From the NCBI GenBank assembly GCA_044222185.1, contig JBGANV010000005.1:320001-384000 (forward strand): a DNA stretch of 64,000 bases, read 5' to 3'. The stretch's first letter is position 1; each line of letters begins with the position of its first letter. Below are positions 58,599 through 64,000 of the stretch, piece by piece. The position numbers and the translations under genes were made by a program. The stretch comes from Planctomycetota bacterium. Lineage in GTDB: Bacteria; Planctomycetota; GCA-002687715; CAIWVZ01. Under the pieces are notes generated by a model, which saw only the letters and a program-made list of their open reading frames with translations, had not been told where the DNA came from and searched no databases.

Positions 58599-60011
58599 TC
58601 ACTTCCCGACGCTGCGATCGGGGAGCGCCCGGACGGGGTCGACCGGCTCGCTCAACGTCGCGAGCCGCAGCAGCGCCAGCGCCTCGCCGCTCGCCCCGAG
58701 CATGAGATCGATGCCGAATTCGTCCTCGCTGCGCTCGTGCGCGGACGCCCCGTTGCGCCATTTCACGCCGTCGCCGTCGGGGCGCGCCGAGGCCAGGAGA
58801 TAGCTGCCCGCCCGGACGGCGAAGTCGCGGAACTCCGCCTTGCCCGTGGCGCGATAGAGGTCGCAGAAGAAGTCGGTGACCCCGGCGACGCCGCAGCACA
58901 GGCTCGGCGGAACGTCCTTGGGCTTGACGCCGCGGGCCGTGGCCGCGTCCGCGTAGCCCACGAGCCACCGCGCGGCCGAAAGCGCCGTGTCGAGGTAGCG
59001 CGCGTCACCGGTCTGGGCATGGAGGAGGAGGAAGAGGCGGGCGGTTCCCGGGGGTCCGTGACACCACCCGCCCATCATCGTCTTGGAGCCGTCGACGGCG
59101 GGCCAGGCCTGCGTGTCGCCGGCATGGACGGCGTGATCCATCAACCAGGCGGCCCCGGCTCGCGCGGCCGAAGCGCAGGCGTCGTCCTTCGCCGCGGCGC
59201 CGATGCGCGCGAGCGCGTAGGCGACACCGGCGGTCCCGTGACTGAAGTTCGGCATGTGGCGGTCGCCGGCGATCGGCGTCGTCCAGAACAGCGTCTTGCG
59301 CGCCGAATCGGTCTTCAGCGGGCCCGCCGCGCCGCGCGAGACGAGCCACCGGCCCGCGGCCGCCGCGCCCTCGACGAATCGCGGCTGCTTCGTCTCCGCC
59401 CCCAGGTCCAGGAGGAAGAGCGCCGTTCCCGCCGCGCCGAAGATGATGTCGACCTGGGAGTCGGGCCAATGCAGGCGATCGCCGTCGCGGATGCCCGATG
59501 CCAGGAGCGAATCGCCGACCTCGACTGCCGTCGTGAGCGCGGCGTCGTCCTTGCGGAGCCTCGCGCGAACGAGGAATGCCTGGCCGATGCCCGCGTCGCC
59601 GACGTACAGCGAACTCGCGCCGGGCTGGTCCGCGCTGCCGGCCCACGTGATGGACTTGCCGCTGCGACGGGCCGACGCGAGTAGGCCCTTGGCCGTCGCA
59701 TCCGCGAGCTTGCGAGCCTGTTCGTCGTTCATCACGGCGGCCGCGTTTTCGAGGAAGACGAGGACGCCCGCGCTGCCGCCGTAGACGATCGGTGCGGGGT
59801 CCGCATCGGAGTCGGCGGATGGGCGGAAGCGGACGGCATCCGGAACTCCGTCGACCGGCACCGCCTGGCGGGCGATCCACGACAGGGCGCGAGTCACCGT
59901 GGCGCGGACCTCGCCGACGGCGGGTTTGGAGTCCTGCGCTCGACCGAGGGCCGCGAGCACGAGGCAAGCGAGTGACAGGGTGAGCGACGCACGCGAGCGG
60001 ATGGGGCTCAT
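58599..60011 (-). CDS. Secreted LanC-like (lanthionine synthetase C-like) protein (470 aa)
   Basis: GxxG repeats (YGGSAG, YVGDAG, IFGAAG, SHGTAG, WCHGPPG, LCCGVAG, MLGASG). Signal peptide. Confidence 0.85.
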   Translation of the reverse strand: MSPIRSRASLTLSLACLVLAALGRAQDSKPAVGEVRATVTRALSWIARQAVPVDGVPDAVRFRPSADSDADPAPIVYGGSAGVLVFLENAAAVMNDEQARKLADATAKGLLASARRSGKSITWAGSADQPGASSLYVGDAGIGQAFLVRARLRKDDAALTTAVEVGDSLLASGIRDGDRLHWPDSQVDIIFGAAGTALFLLDLGAETKQPRFVEGAAAAGRWLVSRGAAGPLKTDSARKTLFWTTPIAGDRHMPNFSHGTAGVAYALARIGAAAKDDACASAARAGAAWLMDHAVHAGDTQAWPAVDGSKTMMGGWCHGPPGTARLFLLLHAQTGDARYLDTALSAARWLVGYADAATARGVKPKDVPPSLCCGVAGVTDFFCDLYRATGKAEFRDFAVRAGSYLLASARPDGDGVKWRNGASAHERSEDEFGIDLMLGASGEALALLRLATLSEPVDPVRALPDRSVGK

Positions 60012-60240
60012 GAGGGAACTCCGGTTCGGGAATGGGAACGACAGGTTGGGCACGATCGGGCGCCGGCGCAACGGATGGGTCGGCGGCGGGACATTCGATG
60101 GCGCACAAGACGCATTGCCACGTTCGCGCGGGGCGGAGCCCCGCGGTCCGGCCGGGGATGAACCCCGGCGCTCCGGCGCTCGCGCGCTCCGGGGGCGCGT
60201 ATCATCGGCGTTCCCTTCTCACCCAGCAGGAGCCCGACTG

Positions 60241-61281
60241 ATGACCGACGATGCCGTTCCGCCCCAAGCCGCCGTGATGCAAATGGTCATGGGAGCGTGG
60301 ATCTCACAGACGATCTCGACCGTGACGCGGCTCGACCTGCCGGACATCATCCACAAGCATGGCCCGCTGTCGGCCTCCGAGATCGTCGCGCGGCACGGCA
60401 TCCGCGCCAACGTCCGCTTCCTCGAGCGTGTGCTCCGCGCCTGCGCCAGTCTGGGCATCTTCAGCGAAGCGGCCGACGGCCGTTTCGGCGCCACGCCCCT
60501 GACGGAGCCCCTCACGCGCGGGTCGCCCGTGTCGGTCAAGAAGCTCGTCGAGATCATGGGCGCCAGCTGGTGGAAGGTCTGGGGCGGGCTCGAGAACGCC
60601 ATCCATTCGGGCGAGTCCCAGGCGAAGGCGCAGCTCGGGCTTCCCTACTGGGATTACTGCAAGGCGAATCCCAAGGAGATGGAGGCCTTCGGCGAGGCGA
60701 TGAAGTCGAACAGCCACAACTCCATGCGGGGCGTGCTGGAGCAGTGCGACTTCTCCCGCGCGGCGACCGTCGTCGACGTCGGCGGCGGCCTGGGTCATCT
60801 CGCCGTCGCGTTGCTGCGCAAGTACCCCGAGTTGCGCGCCACCGTCCTCGACGTTCCGGATCTCATGCCGCTGGCCCGGGAGCGGGCCGCGGAGGAAGCG
60901 GCCGACGTCCTCGCGCGCCTCACCTTCGTCGGCGGCGACATGTTCGCCCAGGTTCCGCCGGCGGACGCCTACGTGATCAAGCACATCATCCACGACTGGG
61001 ACGACGAGCGCTGCGTCAAGCTCCTGCAGAACTGCGCCCGCGCGCTCAACAAGGACGGCCGCGTCCACTGCGTCGATTCGGTGCTGCCGCCCATGGGCAA
61101 CACGACCGGCACTGCCGCCAAGCTCTTGGACCTCGACATGATGGTGTTCGTTCCCGGCAAGGAGCGGACGGAGGCGCAGTGGCGCTCGCTCTTCGGCAAC
61201 TCGGGCTTCAAGCTCCAGTCGATGACGCCGATTCACGACAACTTCGGCACGAGCATCCTGACGGGTGTGAAGTTGGCGTAG
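60241..61281 (+). CDS. SAM-dependent O-methyltransferase (Methyltransf_2 with dimerisation domain)
   Basis: VDVGGGLG, GDMF, KHIIHDWDD and GKERT. AGGAG RBS before ATG 60241. Confidence 0.92.
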   Translation: MTDDAVPPQAAVMQMVMGAWISQTISTVTRLDLPDIIHKHGPLSASEIVARHGIRANVRFLERVLRACASLGIFSEAADGRFGATPLTEPLTRGSPVSVKKLVEIMGASWWKVWGGLENAIHSGESQAKAQLGLPYWDYCKANPKEMEAFGEAMKSNSHNSMRGVLEQCDFSRAATVVDVGGGLGHLAVALLRKYPELRATVLDVPDLMPLARERAAEEAADVLARLTFVGGDMFAQVPPADAYVIKHIIHDWDDERCVKLLQNCARALNKDGRVHCVDSVLPPMGNTTGTAAKLLDLDMMVFVPGKERTEAQWRSLFGNSGFKLQSMTPIHDNFGTSILTGVKLA

Positions 61282-61333
61282 GCGAACGCCGCTCGCCCGG
61301 TTTGGAGGCCGCGGTGATAGGCTCGCGCGGCAG

Positions 61334-63344
61334 ATGGGTCGATCGCACGTCCTCTCCCTCGTGATCGCGGCAGCCCTGGCGGCGTCGCTGCGGTCGCAGG
61401 ACGACGCGCCGAACGTCGAGTCGCTCGTCCTCGGCGCCCGAACGGACGAGGGCCGCGCGCGCGCCCAGGCGATCGACGCGATGTATCGGCTCGGGCCGCG
61501 GGCGGTGGCGTGGCTCCCGGCGCTCGCGCGGCTCGCGGCGGATTCCGACCTGCCGGTGCGGAGCCTCGCGATCCGGCTCATGCGCGGCGTCCTGACGTCG
61601 GCCGGCGACGCCGTCGCCGAGACCGCGCTGAATGCGGACGCGGAGGACCACGCCGTTCGTCCGCGACATGCTGCGCGCCGATCCTGATGGAACCGTCGTC
61701 GTCCCGGCGCTCGTCCGCGTCTGGCGCCGGGCCGACGCCGCGGAAAAGCCGCAACTCGCGGAGGTCCTGTCTCGATGGGACACGCCGATCCCCGGGTTGG
61801 GAGACGCGCTCGTCACTCTGATCGAAGAACTCGATGCGACGCAGCCAGCCACGACGCTGCCGACGAAAGAGCTGCGCACCCGTTCGGCTCTGCACTCCAA
61901 GCTCAGGTGGAGGATCCTCGCATGTCTCGCGAGGCAGGGCCCAGCGGCGAGTGGCGCGCTGCCCCGCGTTCTCACCATCCTCGAGCGCGAGCCCGAGCCC
62001 CGCTGGCGCACGCAGATCCTCACGGTGCTCGGCACGATGGACCCGAGCGGATCGGTCGTGCGGCCGGTCTTCGATGCCTACCTGCGCGACGGTCCGACTC
62101 CCTCCGAACGGAGAATCGCGTGCGAATGGCGGGCCCGTCTTCGACCGGTGTCGAGCGAGGCGATCGAAGATCTCCTCGACCGCAGCCCGTGCGACTCGAT
62201 CGACGAGATCGCAAGAGCCGCGCTGGTGATTCAGGACCTGGGACCCCGTGCGATGGCGGCGACTCCCATGCTCCTGTCAGCTCTGTCCGACGCCCAACGA
62301 TGGCAGCTCTCGACGATCGTGGGTGCGCTGACCGCGTTGAAGACGGACGTCCGTCCGATCCGCGGCGCACTCGCGACCAGACTCGCGCGAGGCGACGTGA
62401 TCACCGCCACCGAGCTCCTGCCGATCCTCGATCGCCTGCCGGCGCCTCCGACGCCCACGCGTGCCGACGTCGAGCGAGCGATGTACGCCGCGGAGCCTGA
62501 CGTCGAATTGGCCTTTGCGTTGTATGCCCTGGGATGTTCGGGCCTGGACCCGGCGACCCTCGACACGTGCGTCGGAGCCCTCTCGCACCCGATCCCGAAC
62601 ATGCGTTGGCTCGCCGCACTCGCGCTGCGTAATGCCGGACCGCGGGGCCTTTCCGCACTGCCCGCTCTCGTCGCAGCGCTCGAGCGTGAGCGGCCTCGCG
62701 AGTCGGCCGAGTCGGCGCCGCACGGGCGCGGGCACGGAATGCTCGTGGGGTACCGATGGGACCACATCATCGGGCTGGAAGTTCTCAATGTCCTCGCCAG
62801 CCTCGGGCCGGCGGCGAAAGACAGCCTCCCCCGTATCTCGAGCGCGCTTCGCGCGATCTTCAACCTCGAAGCCGACGAAGTCGCAAGTTGCTTCCCGCGC
62901 CAGATCCATCGCATCGCTCCGATTCCACGGGGACGCGTGGAAGTGATCGCCGACCCGGAGCTGATCGTCACGGGGAATCGCCGTCACACCGCGACGGCGC
63001 GCGGCGATTTCATCCGCAACATGGCTGCGGACTCGGAACGCGAACCGGACGGAACCTGGAGCGTCGCGCTGCGCGAGTTGCAGTTCCCCGGCGAGGTGTA
63101 TTGGTCCGGACCTCCGCCCGACCTCACGCTGTTCCTCCGGCGGGACTCTGCTGGAACCCTCGTCGTCGACGCGGAATGCCGCCAACTCAATCACGACGGA
63201 ACGACGAAGGAACTCTCAACCCCCCGGTTCGTGCACTTCCGGCCCGCCGACCTTCGAACCGCCGACCGGCTCGAATTCGCCTACCGCGACACCTTCGATC
63301 CCGACTCCTGGATCGAGTTCTCGATCGCCAACCCGTTTCGGTGA
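61334..63344 (+). pseudogene. Secreted HEAT-repeat protein split by a frameshift near 61630-61660
   Basis: ORF 61334-61687 (signal peptide plus LGPRA...LPAL HEAT unit) overlaps ORF 61632-63344 in another frame, which carries the same GP.A...LP.L repeats. Confidence 0.6.
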
Positions 63345-63603
63345 GTTCGTGGCGCCGCGCCGCGTTCCACGCGGAGGAACCGACCGGGCTCCAGCTCCGA
63401 CCTCCGGGCGACGCGCGACCGGCCTTCCGGTACGTCCGAAAAAACCCCGCGATGTGCGCACCGCGCGACTTTCTCAAGCCTCGTGACGGATCGGACGCAC
63501 CGTTTCCGTCTGCGGGACATCCCTGCGGGAACACGGGTGCGCGATCACTGACGTCGAGCCGACGGGCACCGCACCGCATCCCGCCATAGCCGGAGGTTCG
63601 CCC

Positions 63604-64000
63604 GTGCACAGCCGCCACACCGTCCCCGCGCCGTCAAATGCATCAACGTCCGCTTCGCGTTTCGGGTTGTTCGACATCCATGCGCAGGCGAACGCACTCG
63701 GCCAGCGCTCAGCGCTCACCCCGGTCGGCAGGATGACGCGCGTCCTTGCCGGCCTGTGGCTGCTGAGTGTGTCGACGGCCGCACAGGCGACGCTCGTCAG
63801 CAGCAACGTCTCGACCAATCCCAATTACGCCAACATCCAATTCGACTTCTATACGAAGTACACCGCACGCCTCGCGCCGGACGGACTGACGGCGTTCGTC
63901 ACGGCCACTTCGAACAACCGCGTCCAGATCGCAGCGGAGACACGAACGGCCATCGGGCAGCCGTTCACGACGCCGTCCTTCATTCCCGAGTTGCTTGCCC
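63604..64000 (+). CDS. Secreted protein with PD40-like repeat (3'-partial)
   Basis: GGAGGT 6 nt before GTG 63604. Frame open to the window end. Signal-like MTRVLAGLWLLSVSTAAQA (ATG 63733), then ARLAPDGLTAF. Confidence 0.55.
   Translation, partial: MHSRHTVPAPSNASTSASRFGLFDIHAQANALGQRSALTPVGRMTRVLAGLWLLSVSTAAQATLVSSNVSTNPNYANIQFDFYTKYTARLAPDGLTAFVTATSNNRVQIAAETRTAIGQPFTTPSFIPELLA

Noticed and set aside
58599-61281. Lanthipeptide BGC (LanC plus methyltransferase)
   Set aside because: No dehydratase, precursor or transporter, and the LanC-like protein is exported.
1-64000. CRISPR arrays, tRNA/rRNA, IS elements, integrases, phage genes
   Set aside because: None seen by eye. Intergenic gaps are short and the visible repeats are protein-coding. 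tRNAscan/Infernal were not run.

Overview
GC-rich, gene-dense bacterial DNA. The gene content suggests an uncultured Planctomycetota lineage (redoxin-cytochrome c-Cu-monooxygenase fusion, TPR/ExbB/ExbD/prenyltransferase-repeat operon, many secreted propeller proteins), but this is an inference. The centrepiece (5901-31503) is a compact hybrid biosynthetic gene cluster. It joins a ScoC/ScoD/ScoE-type isonitrile-forming cassette (acyl-AMP ligase, FcoT thioesterase, TauD-family oxidase) to two type I PKSs and a three-module NRPS. PKS1 is ACP-KS-AT-DH-ER-KR-ACP, PKS2 is an AT-less KS-KR-ACP, and the NRPS is Gly / D-Asn / Lys-or-Arg with a terminal reductase. The predicted product is an isonitrile polyketide-peptide released as an aldehyde or alcohol. 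Left flank: AlgX/AlgJ-like acetyltransferase, secreted propeller, methyltransferase, sphingomyelin-synthase-like gene and DUF6600-like lipoprotein. Right flank: three tandem kelch paralogs, a His-rich double beta-carbonic anhydrase, a Cu-monooxygenase-like protein, an FG-GAP protein with an apparent ATT start, an S8 protease, a Ton/Tol-like motor operon with an unusual TonB/TolA-like partner, a GT-C glycosyltransferase, a secreted LanC-like protein, an O-methyltransferase and a frameshifted HEAT-repeat gene. I saw no rRNA, tRNA, CRISPR array or mobile element. All family calls come from reading motifs by eye, not from database searches.
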